A DNA stretch of 64,000 nt from positions 264 to 64,263 of the forward strand of contig JACQUA010000300.1 of assembly GCA_016210565.1 (NCBI GenBank), in the 5' to 3' direction. The position numbers and the translations under genes were made by a program. The notes under the pieces are model-generated. The model ran no database searches and was not told the DNA's origin. It saw only the letters and a program-made list of their open reading frames with translations. Source of the DNA: Chloroflexota bacterium (GTDB lineage Bacteria; Chloroflexota; Dehalococcoidia; JACQUA01). This document shows, in pieces, positions 29,498 to 39,257 of the stretch (position 1 is its first letter; every line of letters begins with the position of its first letter).

Positions 29498-30646
29498 GTG
29501 AACAGAAAAGAGATAGCAAGAGTGGCTTTCGCCGGGCTGTTGGCGCTCAGCTTGGTCATAGCATCATGTGCATCCGTCCAGCAGCCCGCCCCCCCGGCGG
29601 CAGCGCCCGGGCAAGGGGCGGCGCCTCTCCAGGGATGGGAAGCGGACTGGCAGAGGGTACTGGCCGCGGCCAGACAGGAGGGACCACTCAATATCTACAG
29701 TCCGGCCGCCGCCGACCTGCGCGTGGGAATGACGGAGGCTTTCAAAGAGAAATATGGGCTGGACATAGAATGGACGGCGGGCAAAGCCGCGGAACTCGCC
29801 GAGAAGTACCTGCGGGAGCGGCAGGCGGGGCTTCACATCGCCGACCTGATGATGGGTTCGACCCAGAGACAGCTAACGGTGATGAAGCCCGGCGGCATGC
29901 TTGAGCCGATAAAGCCCCTGATTATTTTGCCTGAAGTCCTGGACATGAAGTTGTGGTTCCAGGGGGAGATACCCTGGGTGGACAACGAGAAGATGTACAC
30001 GATGGAGTCTATCCTTGCGCCCGACTATAAGGTGGCGGTCAACACGAAGATGGTGAGGCCCGAGGAAATCGCGTCCTACAACGACCTGCTGAACCCGAAG
30101 TGGAAGGGGAAGATCGTTGTGGGCAATCCTGTGCTGACCATGAAACTGTTCAGCCAGATTTCCACCGTCATGGGACCGGATTGGTGGAGGAAACTGGTGG
30201 CCAACGACCCGGTGATAGTGGATGACAACAGGCTCGGCACCGAATGGCTCGCCCACGGCAAGTACCCCATCGCCATACTCCCGAGACAGGATATCCGGGA
30301 GGAGTTCGTAAGAGCGGGTGCGTCCATCGATCTGGTGAAGCCCAGGGAAGCCAGTTTCCTGGACGGAGGGGCCATCGGTACCTCGATGTTCAAGAAGGCG
30401 CCCCATCCCAACGCGGCTCGAGTATTCGCCAACTGGTTCCTGAGCAAAGACGGAAGCTATCTCCAGAGCCGAGTCATCGGCCGGCAGTCGGCCAGGCTCG
30501 ATGTGCCCATCGACCACATCGCCGCTGACATGAGGCGCGATCCCTCAGTCAAATACGTGGTCACGGTTAATGAGGAGTTCAACCAGCGCATGGCGAACGA
30601 AACCCCGCTGGCGCAGGAGATCTTCGCCCCCCTGCTGCGAAAGTAG
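29498..30646 (+). CDS. ABC-type extracellular solute-binding lipoprotein (Fe3+/polyamine-type PBP2 fold)
   Basis: GTG start after CAGGAGGG. The lipobox is LVIASC. PHPNAARVFANWFLSKDG is typical of family-1 SBPs. No permease or ATPase is adjacent. Confidence 0.75.
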   Translation: MNRKEIARVAFAGLLALSLVIASCASVQQPAPPAAAPGQGAAPLQGWEADWQRVLAAARQEGPLNIYSPAAADLRVGMTEAFKEKYGLDIEWTAGKAAELAEKYLRERQAGLHIADLMMGSTQRQLTVMKPGGMLEPIKPLIILPEVLDMKLWFQGEIPWVDNEKMYTMESILAPDYKVAVNTKMVRPEEIASYNDLLNPKWKGKIVVGNPVLTMKLFSQISTVMGPDWWRKLVANDPVIVDDNRLGTEWLAHGKYPIAILPRQDIREEFVRAGASIDLVKPREASFLDGGAIGTSMFKKAPHPNAARVFANWFLSKDGSYLQSRVIGRQSARLDVPIDHIAADMRRDPSVKYVVTVNEEFNQRMANETPLAQEIFAPLLRK

Positions 30647-30732
30647 GAGTGCCACAGGCGCCCCGCCTGTGTGGGCGGCCGTTGCGCAAGGCGTCGGCTT
30701 GCGCAAGCTATGCGCCGGCAGATCGTCGAGTA

Positions 30733-31896
30733 ATGGTGAGTGACGTGAAGATCTCAGACAACGAAATCGTAATCCACGCGGTGGGAAACGTGTCCCCACG
30801 GCGGACGGAGTATGGTGAACCTGTCGAATCCCCTTTTGACATGGTCCACCGGAAGATCAAGGAAGCAGATGTATCCCTGTGCCAGTTGGAGATGATGTTT
30901 TCGACCGGCGGAGACGCTTTCCAGCGCCGAGAGGGTACGCCGGATTCAGCAATTGACCCCGCAAACGTTGAATCGCTGGTCTTCGGGGGATTTAGCGTCA
31001 TGTCCCACGCCAGCAACAACTGTCTCGACTATGGCCCCGCGGCGCTGCTTGATTCGATAGACGCCGTCCGGAGCAAGGGCATCCGGGTGATCGGCGCCGG
31101 AAAAGACATCGCCGAAGCCCGATCGCCGGCGGTGGTGGAACGAAAGGGGATTAAGGCCGGATTCCTGGCCTACAGCTCGGTAGTTCCCGCCGGCTACGAG
31201 GCGCGGGATGGAAGACCGGGTTGCGCGCCTGTTCGTGTGTTGGCCCGTTCCGCGGCCCGGGGGGATGGGACGGGAGTGCCCTCAGAGGCAACCGGCATAC
31301 CTGACGAAGATGATGTCCGGGCCATGGAAGCGGATATTCGCAAGCTGCGAAATCAGGTGGATGTTGTTGCTGTTTCAATGCACTGGGGGCAAAGCTCCGT
31401 GCCAGGAATCACGGCGGACCAGCGCGTAATCGGTCACAGGGCTATTGACGCCGGAGCAGACCTGGTCGTTGGGCATCACGGCGGCACCGTCAAGGGCATA
31501 GAAGTATACAAAGGAAGGGCTATCTTCTACTGCCTGGGTAACTTTGCCCTGGATAGGGCCCGTACGTATAAACCGGCCGTGGAAGGGGTGGGCGCCGGAG
31601 ATGTTCCGCGTGCGTCTCACAAATCGCAAACGGAGCCGGGATGGGAACGGAACCCGGGCCACAGGGACCGGCGAAATACGATGATGGTCAAATGCGTTGC
31701 CGGCAAGAATGGCGTCCGGAAGGTGTCGTTCCTGCCTGGCCGGACCAATCAGAAGGCGGAGCCTGAATTTGTTTCTCGGAACGATGAAAGATTTCAGGAA
31801 GTCCTGCGCTACATAGGGCCGCAGTGCCGGGATCTGGGGACCAATCTCACGGTGGAGGGGGATGAAGTAGTCGTTTGCGACTCGACCGGGGAGTAG
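30733..31896 (+). CDS. CapA/PGA_cap-family protein (paralog 2)
   Basis: MVSDVKISDNEIVIHAVGNVSPRRTEYGEP..., with the same motif set as 25734-26879. The track ORF begins at 30649. Confidence 0.8.
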   Translation: MVSDVKISDNEIVIHAVGNVSPRRTEYGEPVESPFDMVHRKIKEADVSLCQLEMMFSTGGDAFQRREGTPDSAIDPANVESLVFGGFSVMSHASNNCLDYGPAALLDSIDAVRSKGIRVIGAGKDIAEARSPAVVERKGIKAGFLAYSSVVPAGYEARDGRPGCAPVRVLARSAARGDGTGVPSEATGIPDEDDVRAMEADIRKLRNQVDVVAVSMHWGQSSVPGITADQRVIGHRAIDAGADLVVGHHGGTVKGIEVYKGRAIFYCLGNFALDRARTYKPAVEGVGAGDVPRASHKSQTEPGWERNPGHRDRRNTMMVKCVAGKNGVRKVSFLPGRTNQKAEPEFVSRNDERFQEVLRYIGPQCRDLGTNLTVEGDEVVVCDSTGE

Positions 31897-32004
31897 AACC
31901 CGGACGCGTGGTCCCGGAATGGCGCGTCACAAACTCGCTCGGTCGTCCGCGGGCATGGCACGCCGTGCCCCTACGGCGGCCGGAACACTGAGGAGGTAAC
32001 CTGA

Positions 32005-33381
32005 ATGGATGCATCTTCTGCCCTGGCGCACAGCGTAGCGAATATCAGATTCGATGATATTCCTGCTGAGGCGATAAGGGTCGCCAAAATGTCCCTTCTG
32101 GATACGCTGGGTGTCACCACGGCTGCGAGCACGCTGGGTCGCGGATGCCGTGAGGTGGTCGAGTGCGTCAAGGAAGGGGGAGGGAAAGAGGAAAGCACGA
32201 TTCTGGGTTTTGGCGGCAAGGCGCCATCGTACATGGCGGCGCTGGCCAACGGCATGATGGCCCATGCTCTCGATTATGACGATATCCACGAAGCGTCGTC
32301 CATCCATGCCGGCGCTGTGATTGTTCCGGCCGCCTTGGCGGTCGCCGAGCGGGCAGGGAAAGTGAACGGAAAGGAGTTCATTACGGCAGTGGTGCTGGGC
32401 GTGGAGGTTGGCTGCAGGCTCTCGCTGGCCGCCGCCCCGCGAGTCAGCGGGTTTCATCCGACCCCTGTGTTCGGGTTCTTTGGCGCGGCGGCTGGTGCCG
32501 GCAGGATACTGGGATTGGATGAAGCCCGCGTCCAGAATGCCCTTGGTATCGCCTATTCCCAGGCAGCCGGTAACCGCCAGTCCGTAAGCGATGCGGCCCT
32601 GACAGAGCGTCTGGAAGTGGGCTTCGCGGCGAAGGGCGGCGTTCTGTCCGCGCTGCTGGCCGAAAAGGGTATTACCGGAGCGATGAACAGCCTGGAAGGC
32701 GAGTTTGGATTCTACAAAGTGTACAACGGTGGGAAGTACAAGCCCGAAGTTCTGCTCTCAAACCTGGGCACGAGGTTTGAGGTGAGCAATCTGAGCTTCA
32801 AGCCGTATCCCTGCGGCCGCAGCCAGCACGCTTCCATCGATGCTACGCTGGAAATGGTGCGGGAATACGATATCCAGGCCGGGGACGTGGAGCGTATTAC
32901 GGTATTCAAAAGCCAGATGGCGGTAAAGGGCGTGGGCGTTCCCGCGGATCGAAAGCGGAGGCCCGAGAACCCCGTCGACGCCCAGTTCAGCATACCGTAT
33001 ACTACGGCGACTGCGGTGGTCAGGAGGAAGGTGGACCTGAGGGATTTCACGCCTGAGGCTATCAGGGACCCCGCTGTCCTCCAGGTGGCCCAAAAAGTGG
33101 ACGTGGAAGTATGTCCGGAATTCGAACCGTCCAACTACCATCCCGGGATAACGGAGATCAGGACGAAAGGAGGCAAAACGTATTCGCGGCGGGTAGAAGA
33201 GCCCCATGGCAATCCGCACCACCCGATTCCAGAGGGGGAGATGATAGAGAAATTCATGGAGTGTGCATCTCACGCCATGAGGCCGCTGTCAAAGGAAGAT
33301 GTCAGCCGCGTCATCGAGATGGTCATGAAACTGGAAGAACTGGATGATGTGGGCGCCATTTCCCGGCTGCTTGCCCGGTAG
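32005..33381 (+). CDS. MmgE/PrpD-family protein (paralog 2)
   Basis: 458 aa, collinear with 27095-28465. The stop TAG (33379-33381) lies inside the GGTAG head of a REP hairpin. Confidence 0.85.
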   Translation: MDASSALAHSVANIRFDDIPAEAIRVAKMSLLDTLGVTTAASTLGRGCREVVECVKEGGGKEESTILGFGGKAPSYMAALANGMMAHALDYDDIHEASSIHAGAVIVPAALAVAERAGKVNGKEFITAVVLGVEVGCRLSLAAAPRVSGFHPTPVFGFFGAAAGAGRILGLDEARVQNALGIAYSQAAGNRQSVSDAALTERLEVGFAAKGGVLSALLAEKGITGAMNSLEGEFGFYKVYNGGKYKPEVLLSNLGTRFEVSNLSFKPYPCGRSQHASIDATLEMVREYDIQAGDVERITVFKSQMAVKGVGVPADRKRRPENPVDAQFSIPYTTATAVVRRKVDLRDFTPEAIRDPAVLQVAQKVDVEVCPEFEPSNYHPGITEIRTKGGKTYSRRVEEPHGNPHHPIPEGEMIEKFMECASHAMRPLSKEDVSRVIEMVMKLEELDDVGAISRLLAR

Positions 33382-33402
33382 GACAGGCGTCCCTGCCTGT
33401 CC
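33377..33402 (+). repeat. REP-like hairpin in plus orientation after a plus-strand gene
   Basis: GGTAGGACAGGCGTCCCTGCCTGTCC. This is the same unit as at 1242-1439 but inverted, matching the strand of the upstream gene. Confidence 0.9.
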
Positions 33403-33557
33403 GCCGGAAAAAGGCCCGGGGCACGTGCAACGGCCCTCTCGGTATCGACATCCGCTCCGCTCTGCGAGAGTCCCGACGCCTCGGGACAAGGGGTGTCGCT
33501 ACGGGCTTCCCAGTGTCTGGATTGCAGTGAAGTTGCGGCTGTGCTAGACTCCCTGCC

Positions 33558-34544
33558 ATGAAAGTGCTGGTAACCGGCGCTGCGGGGTACATCGGCAGCG
33601 TCGTCACCGAGTTGCTGGTCAAGGAGGGTATCGCCGTCGTTGGGGTGGACAATCTGAGCCAGGGACACCGGCAGGCGGTGGCGCCCGGGGCAGCCCTGGT
33701 CGAAGGCGACGTCGGCGATGCCTCGTGCCTGGGACGGATATTCAGCGGCCATGCCATCGATGCTGTGCTCCACCTGGCGGCTAACAGCATCGTCGAGTCC
33801 TCGATGACCGACCCGGCGCTTTATTTCCGGAACAACGTGACCCATGGCATTAACCTTCTCGACGCCATGACCAGGAACGGCGTGAAACGGCTCGTCTTCT
33901 CTTCCAGCGCGGCGGTGTACGGGGAGCCGGCCTCTGTTCCGGTCACCGAAGAGGCGGCCATGGCGCCTGTCAACGCCTACGGCGAGACCAAGCTGATGTT
34001 CGAACGGATACTGAAGTGGTTCGAACGCGCCCATGGCTTGAAGCATATCTCCCTGCGCTACTTCAACGCCGCGGGCGCCAGCGAAAACTACGGCGAGGTC
34101 CATAGCCCGGAGACCCATCTCGTGCCCAACATACTGAAGGTCGCTCTTGGGAAGGGCGGCGCCATCAGGTTGTTTGGCGATGATTACCCGACCCTGGACG
34201 GCACCTGCGTCCGCGACTACATCCACGTGAGCGACATCGCCCGGGCCCATATCCTGGCGCTGCGGCACATCGACCGGGTGGGATCCTCAGTTTACAACAT
34301 GGGCAACGGGAATGGCTTTTCGGTGAAGGAAGTCATCGGCGTTTGCCGGAAAGTTAGCGGTCACCCGTTGCCGGTCGAGGTACACCCGCGCCGCGCCGGC
34401 GACCCGCCGGTGCTGGTGGCCAGCGCGGAGAAGATACGGCGGGAGCTCGGTTGGAGGCCGGACTATCCCGGGCTGGAAGATATTGTGAGGACCGCCTGGG
34501 AATGGCACCGGAAATACCCGGAGGGGTATTCTGGAGCCGCGTAG
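33558..34544 (+). CDS. galE: UDP-glucose 4-epimerase
   Basis: 328 aa with MKVLVTGAAGYIGS, YGETK and FNAAGA. Confidence 0.9.
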   Translation: MKVLVTGAAGYIGSVVTELLVKEGIAVVGVDNLSQGHRQAVAPGAALVEGDVGDASCLGRIFSGHAIDAVLHLAANSIVESSMTDPALYFRNNVTHGINLLDAMTRNGVKRLVFSSSAAVYGEPASVPVTEEAAMAPVNAYGETKLMFERILKWFERAHGLKHISLRYFNAAGASENYGEVHSPETHLVPNILKVALGKGGAIRLFGDDYPTLDGTCVRDYIHVSDIARAHILALRHIDRVGSSVYNMGNGNGFSVKEVIGVCRKVSGHPLPVEVHPRRAGDPPVLVASAEKIRRELGWRPDYPGLEDIVRTAWEWHRKYPEGYSGAA

Positions 34545-34978
34545 GGTGGGTTAAGCACAGCGGGGTGGTAGGGATGCGGCGCGCTGTGCGAACCCACCAC
34601 GAAGACAAGATCCCAAGTTCCAAACACCAAATTCCAAACAATCCCCCATGCCCGCTTGCAGCGGGCACCATGAAGGATGAACATGTCATTCTGAGCGAAG
34701 CGAGCGCAGCGGGCGTAGTCGAAGAATCTTTCGGGGCGGGGAAGCAAAGACCCTTCGCCTGCACCTTCGCTTTGCTCAGGGCTTCGGCTCAGGGTGACAT
34801 TTTCAGAGCAATATCAAAACCCCAACCGGCGAAACCCCAAAAGGGTTGGCCGCCAATTTGTTTATATTGAGACTTGAACCATCGGGGGTTTGTTTGGAAT
34901 TTGGAACTTGGTTTTTGGAATTTGCTTAGAATGGTGGGTTCGCGCCCCGATGCAATCGGGGCGGTTAACCCACCCTAC
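34541..34978. mobile_element. ~438-bp nested palindromic composite element between convergent genes
   Basis: Outer GTAGGGTGGGTTAA heads sit at both ends: plus strand at 34541, minus strand at 34978. Inside are CCAAA-rich and TTTGG-rich arms (34605-34645 / 34890-34925). The inner GTCATTCTGAGCGAAGCG...CTCAGGGTGACAT element spans 34684-34800. Confidence 0.75.
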
Positions 34979-36207
34979 CCTTTGCCGGGCCGTGTTTTAT
35001 GGGGCAGCAGCGCCGAATTCGGGGGGATAACGCCGCTGGCCAAAGTGCCGGGCCCGATGGCGCAATCGTTGCCGATCATGCATCCCAGGTTGATGCTGCA
35101 ATTGATGCCCGTCTGGACGTTATCGCCGATGATGGCCCCCAGCTTCCGCCGCCCGGTATCGATGCCCCTGACGGATATATTACCCTTGTCCAGGCGCAGA
35201 TTGGCGATTTTCGTTCCCGCGCCGAGGTTGCAGCCCTGCCCGATGACGCTATCGCCCACGTAGTTCAGGTGCGGAACATCGGTGTGGTCCATGATGATGG
35301 AACTCTTCACTTCTACTGCGGCCCCTATGTGGCAATCGTTGCCGACGGCGGTGCTGCCCCGGATGTAGCAGTTAGGCCCGATCCGGCTATCCCGGCCGAT
35401 CATGACCGGACCTTCAATGTAGGCCCCTGACTTGACCACCGTCCCTTCACCCACCGACAGGTCCCCTTTAATGTGAACGCCGTCTTCGATCACGCCGGCC
35501 CGTTCTTCCTTCATCCCCTTCAACAGGCGCTCGTTTATCTCCAGGAGCTGCCAGGGATAGCTGATGTCCTCCCAGTAAGCCAGCCGGTGGCCTGAAATGG
35601 CATGGCCGTTGTCAATCAATAGCTGGAGGGCGGCGGTCAGCTCGTATTCGCCCCGGGGGGACTGGGGAATCTTCTCCAGGGCGTCGAATATCGCCTCGTT
35701 CAGAAGGTAGACGCCGGCGTTGACCAGGTGGGAGGGAGGATTGTCCACCTTCTCGTGAATCTGGCGGACCCTGTTGTCCTTCAATTCCACCACGCCGAGG
35801 TGTTTCACGGTCTCCAGTTCATAGAGGCCCATCTGCATCTCATTCCTTGAAGTCACGGCCCCGATGTCATTGGGGTGGAGCAGGATGTCGCCATTCAGGA
35901 CCAGGAAAGGGCCTTTGACCCGGTCCCGGACCTGGTAGACCGCGTTGCCGGTGCCCGATTGCTTTTCCTGGGAGACGTATTCAATGGTGGCCCCCGCCGG
36001 GAGCGCCTTATCGGAAAAATAGTCCTGAATGACGGCGGCGCGGTATCCGGCGACCACGACGAAATCGGATAGACCGGCTTGCCGGCAGCTATCGATCAGG
36101 TGGGCCAGGATAGGCTTGTTGGCGACCGGGAGCATCACCTTGGGCCGGGTATAGGTGAGGGGATGCATCCTTTTTCCCTCACCGGCGGCGAGTATGACGA
36201 CTTTCAT
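34975..36207 (-). CDS. sugar-1-phosphate nucleotidyltransferase with C-terminal left-handed beta-helix acyltransferase domain (GlmU-like)
   Basis: MKVVILAAGEGKRMHPLTYTRPKVMLPV, with hexapeptide repeats in the C-terminal third. I chose the start at 36207; the track ORF extends to 36288. Confidence 0.8.
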   Translation of the reverse strand: MKVVILAAGEGKRMHPLTYTRPKVMLPVANKPILAHLIDSCRQAGLSDFVVVAGYRAAVIQDYFSDKALPAGATIEYVSQEKQSGTGNAVYQVRDRVKGPFLVLNGDILLHPNDIGAVTSRNEMQMGLYELETVKHLGVVELKDNRVRQIHEKVDNPPSHLVNAGVYLLNEAIFDALEKIPQSPRGEYELTAALQLLIDNGHAISGHRLAYWEDISYPWQLLEINERLLKGMKEERAGVIEDGVHIKGDLSVGEGTVVKSGAYIEGPVMIGRDSRIGPNCYIRGSTAVGNDCHIGAAVEVKSSIIMDHTDVPHLNYVGDSVIGQGCNLGAGTKIANLRLDKGNISVRGIDTGRRKLGAIIGDNVQTGINCSINLGCMIGNDCAIGPGTLASGVIPPNSALLPHKTRPGKG

Positions 36208-36395
36208 AGCTGTTGTTTTGAATTTTTGAAAAATACCTATATAATCAATTGTCAGGGTTGAAATGGTCACCCGGCTCCGTAGCCGCACCCTTTACGGGTG
36301 CGCCCCGTTAGAAAAGCGATCTGTGTAAATATAGTCCATGAATGGCTTGAAGTCAACCAGCCCGGTAGGACAGGCTTTCCAGCCTGTCCAGACCT

Positions 36396-36855
36396 GTAGG
36401 GGTGGGTTAAGCATCCCGATGGTATCGGGACGCTTAACCCACCAGGCCAAAGGAGGAAATTCCTAATCCGAAGTACCAAGTACCAAACAAAGCTCAAATT
36501 CGAATGTTCAAACGCCAAAGAGCGTTGACCGCCGCTTTTGACATTGAGACTTGAATAATTGGAATTTGCTCAGAAAATAGGCTGTCACCCTGAGCGAAGT
36601 CGAAGGGTCTTTCGTCCCGCGCCCCGCCCCGAAAGAACTTGTCCTGAGCAGAGCGAAGGATTCTTCGACTATCCCGATTCTATCGGGACTGCGCTCGCTT
36701 CGCTCAGAATGACATTTTCATCCTTCATGGTGCGCCATCGGCGCATGGGTGATTGTTTGGAATTTGGAACCTGGTTATTGGAATTTGCTTAGAATGGTGG
36801 GTTCGCGCAGCCACCCGGCACAACCCTGCGTCCGTCTGTGCTTAACTCACCCTAC
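36396..36855. mobile_element. second copy of the nested palindromic composite element
   Basis: GTAGGGGTGGGTTAAGC is at 36396 and GCTTAACTCACCCTAC ends at 36855. The inner GTCACCCTGAGCGAAG...CTCAGAATGACAT element spans 36584-36715. It lies in a divergent intergenic region. Confidence 0.7.
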
Positions 36856-36870
36856 CGTTGCAGAGTGAAC

Positions 36871-39249
36871 ATGCCTAAAGCAAGATTCGGCAACCTGACC
36901 TTACAGCGAAAGGTAAGCATTCTGGTGATGGGTGGGGTTGCGGTGGGCGTCTTGCTCTTCGGCGTGTTCGGCCTTCTGGCCCTGAACCAGACCACCGACA
37001 CTACGCTGCAGGAGCGACTCACCCTGGCTAGGGTGATCGCCAAATACGGCGATGATATCCTGGACGGGGCGGTGAGCCAGTTGGAGCACGGGGCCGGGGG
37101 GTTGAAATACCCCTTCGAGGTCCGGGACCTGGACGCCATGGGCGAAAGGCTGAGGGCCAACTACTCGTTGCAGGGGGTGGCAATAGACAGCCTGGTGCTG
37201 GTGGACGCGGATTTCCTTCTGGTGTGGGCCAGCCCGGCGCCGTCCCAGCTAGGGAGGACAGCTTTTTCAGACTATGAGTCCTTGAGGCAGAGCTTGCGCG
37301 AAGGGAAATCGGTCATCTCAGGGCAGGTTCCGGCCCCGGCTTCCGGTCAGCCGGTGGTGCTCATATCAACGGTGGTGAGGGACGCGCTGGGTGAGATCAG
37401 GGGACTCCTGGTGGCCGGCATCAACATCGCCGCCTCCAGCCCGGCCGGGTTCATCCAGCCGATCAGGCTTGGCGAGACCGGCTACACGGAGATCGTTGAC
37501 CAGAAAGGGATGGTGCTGGTCAGGACCAGCCCCGGCAATCCCCTCTTTCCCTTTGAGGTGAGCGACCATCCCCAGAGGTTCGCCGATCTCATCGCGGAGC
37601 GGAAGCCGACCATGGGCACCTGCCACACCTGCCACGAGATCGGGGACCGCATGGGCCGGGACGTCCTGGCTTTTGTTCCGCTGTCGAAGGCTTCATGGGG
37701 CGTCCTGGTAAGACAGTCGGAAGATGAAGCCCTGGCCTCAACGCGGGACCTCCAGCGGAGACTCTTTGCCTCGGGAATGATCCTTATGTTCCTGTTCCTG
37801 GGCATCGCCTGGGTGATCACCCACGATGTGGTGACGCGCATCCGGGGGCTCAAACTGGCCTCGCAGCAAATGGCCGGCGGCGACCTGACGACAGCGATTC
37901 CAACGGCGGGAAAAGACGAGATAGGTTCCCTGGCCGAGGCCTTCGATAATATGAGGACCAAACTGAAGGAATCGTACGATGAAGTGGAGCAGAGGAGCAA
38001 AGAGCTGTCGTCGCTGCTTGCCATTTCGAAGAGCCTGACGTCCAACCCCGAGTTTCCCTCGTTTCTCGATGCCGGGCTGGCCAAAACAGTAGAGATCGTG
38101 CCGGCGGCCGAGGCGGGGGGCTTGCTCCTTTATGGGCGGGAGGAGAAACAATACAAGCTGCAGAGCGCGGTGGGTCTCGATAATTCCGTCTCGCCGGGTA
38201 CCATATTCAAAGCGGGCGGCGGTGGGGGCAATTCGGCAAAGGAGGGCGAACCCGCAGGGCTGGTCATACCGAAGCACATCGAGCCGGAAACCTCCCGGTT
38301 GACTGTTTCGGGGTGCGACGTCTTCCTGGGGACGAATGATCTGGCTTCCAGGGTAAAGCATTCCCTCTGCGCCCCGCTGACCTACAAGGACCGGTATGTG
38401 GGCGTTCTCATAGTTATGAATTTCTCCGAGGCGAGGACCTTTACCGCGGCTGACGAGAGGTTGATGGAGGCCATCGCCAAAGATATGGCCCTGGCCATAG
38501 TGAATACCGAGCTTTCGCAGGAGGCGGAAAGGGCCATGGTCTTGATCGAGGCCGACAAAATAAAATCGCAGTTTATTTCGGCGATATCTCATGAACTGCG
38601 CACCCCCCTGACCTCCATAAAGGGCGGCACCACCTCCCTCTTGCGCCAGGATGTGGACTGGGACAGCGCCACCCGGAGAGAATTCCTGAGGACCATTGAC
38701 GAAAGGGCGGACGAGCTTCAGAACCTGATAGACAAGATGCTTCAGATAGCGAAACTGGAAGCGGGCGCTCTGAAGCTGGAAAGAGAGCCGTTGAGCCTTC
38801 CCCGGCTGGCCCAGAGGATAGTGCAGGAAATGGCTGCCCGTACCAGCGTACACCGGCTGGAGACGGAGTTCCCCGCGCCGTTTCCCATTGTGGAAGCCGA
38901 CTCCCGCTGCATCGAGCAGGTGCTGAAGAACCTGGTGGAAAACGCTATCAAGTATTCCCCCCAGGGTGGAAAAGTAAGGATCACCGGAGGGATCGCCGAC
39001 GGGCTGGTGGTGGTGAGCGTTTCCGATGAAGGCATCGGCATCTCCCCGGAGCACCTGGAGAAGGTATTCGACCGCTTTTACCGCGTGGAAAGCGCCCACA
39101 CCCAGCGCATCGGGGGTACCGGACTGGGCCTTTCCATTGCCAGGGGCCTCGTGGAAGCCCACGGTGGCAGGATATGGGCGGAAAGCACCGAAGGTAAAGG
39201 CAGCGTCTTTCGCTTCAGCCTGTCGCCATTGAGCAAAGACGAGGAGTGA
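36871..39249 (+). CDS. sensor histidine kinase: TM - extracytoplasmic domain with CXXCH - TM - HAMP - GAF - HisKA - HATPase
   Basis: The H-box is SHELRTPL, with N/G boxes in the C-terminus. TM helices lie at ~aa 17-40 and ~300-322. CHTCH is encoded at 37621-37635. The ATG start is at 36871. Confidence 0.85.
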   Translation: MPKARFGNLTLQRKVSILVMGGVAVGVLLFGVFGLLALNQTTDTTLQERLTLARVIAKYGDDILDGAVSQLEHGAGGLKYPFEVRDLDAMGERLRANYSLQGVAIDSLVLVDADFLLVWASPAPSQLGRTAFSDYESLRQSLREGKSVISGQVPAPASGQPVVLISTVVRDALGEIRGLLVAGINIAASSPAGFIQPIRLGETGYTEIVDQKGMVLVRTSPGNPLFPFEVSDHPQRFADLIAERKPTMGTCHTCHEIGDRMGRDVLAFVPLSKASWGVLVRQSEDEALASTRDLQRRLFASGMILMFLFLGIAWVITHDVVTRIRGLKLASQQMAGGDLTTAIPTAGKDEIGSLAEAFDNMRTKLKESYDEVEQRSKELSSLLAISKSLTSNPEFPSFLDAGLAKTVEIVPAAEAGGLLLYGREEKQYKLQSAVGLDNSVSPGTIFKAGGGGGNSAKEGEPAGLVIPKHIEPETSRLTVSGCDVFLGTNDLASRVKHSLCAPLTYKDRYVGVLIVMNFSEARTFTAADERLMEAIAKDMALAIVNTELSQEAERAMVLIEADKIKSQFISAISHELRTPLTSIKGGTTSLLRQDVDWDSATRREFLRTIDERADELQNLIDKMLQIAKLEAGALKLEREPLSLPRLAQRIVQEMAARTSVHRLETEFPAPFPIVEADSRCIEQVLKNLVENAIKYSPQGGKVRITGGIADGLVVVSVSDEGIGISPEHLEKVFDRFYRVESAHTQRIGGTGLGLSIARGLVEAHGGRIWAESTEGKGSVFRFSLSPLSKDEE

Positions 39250-39257
39250 AGTTGGCT

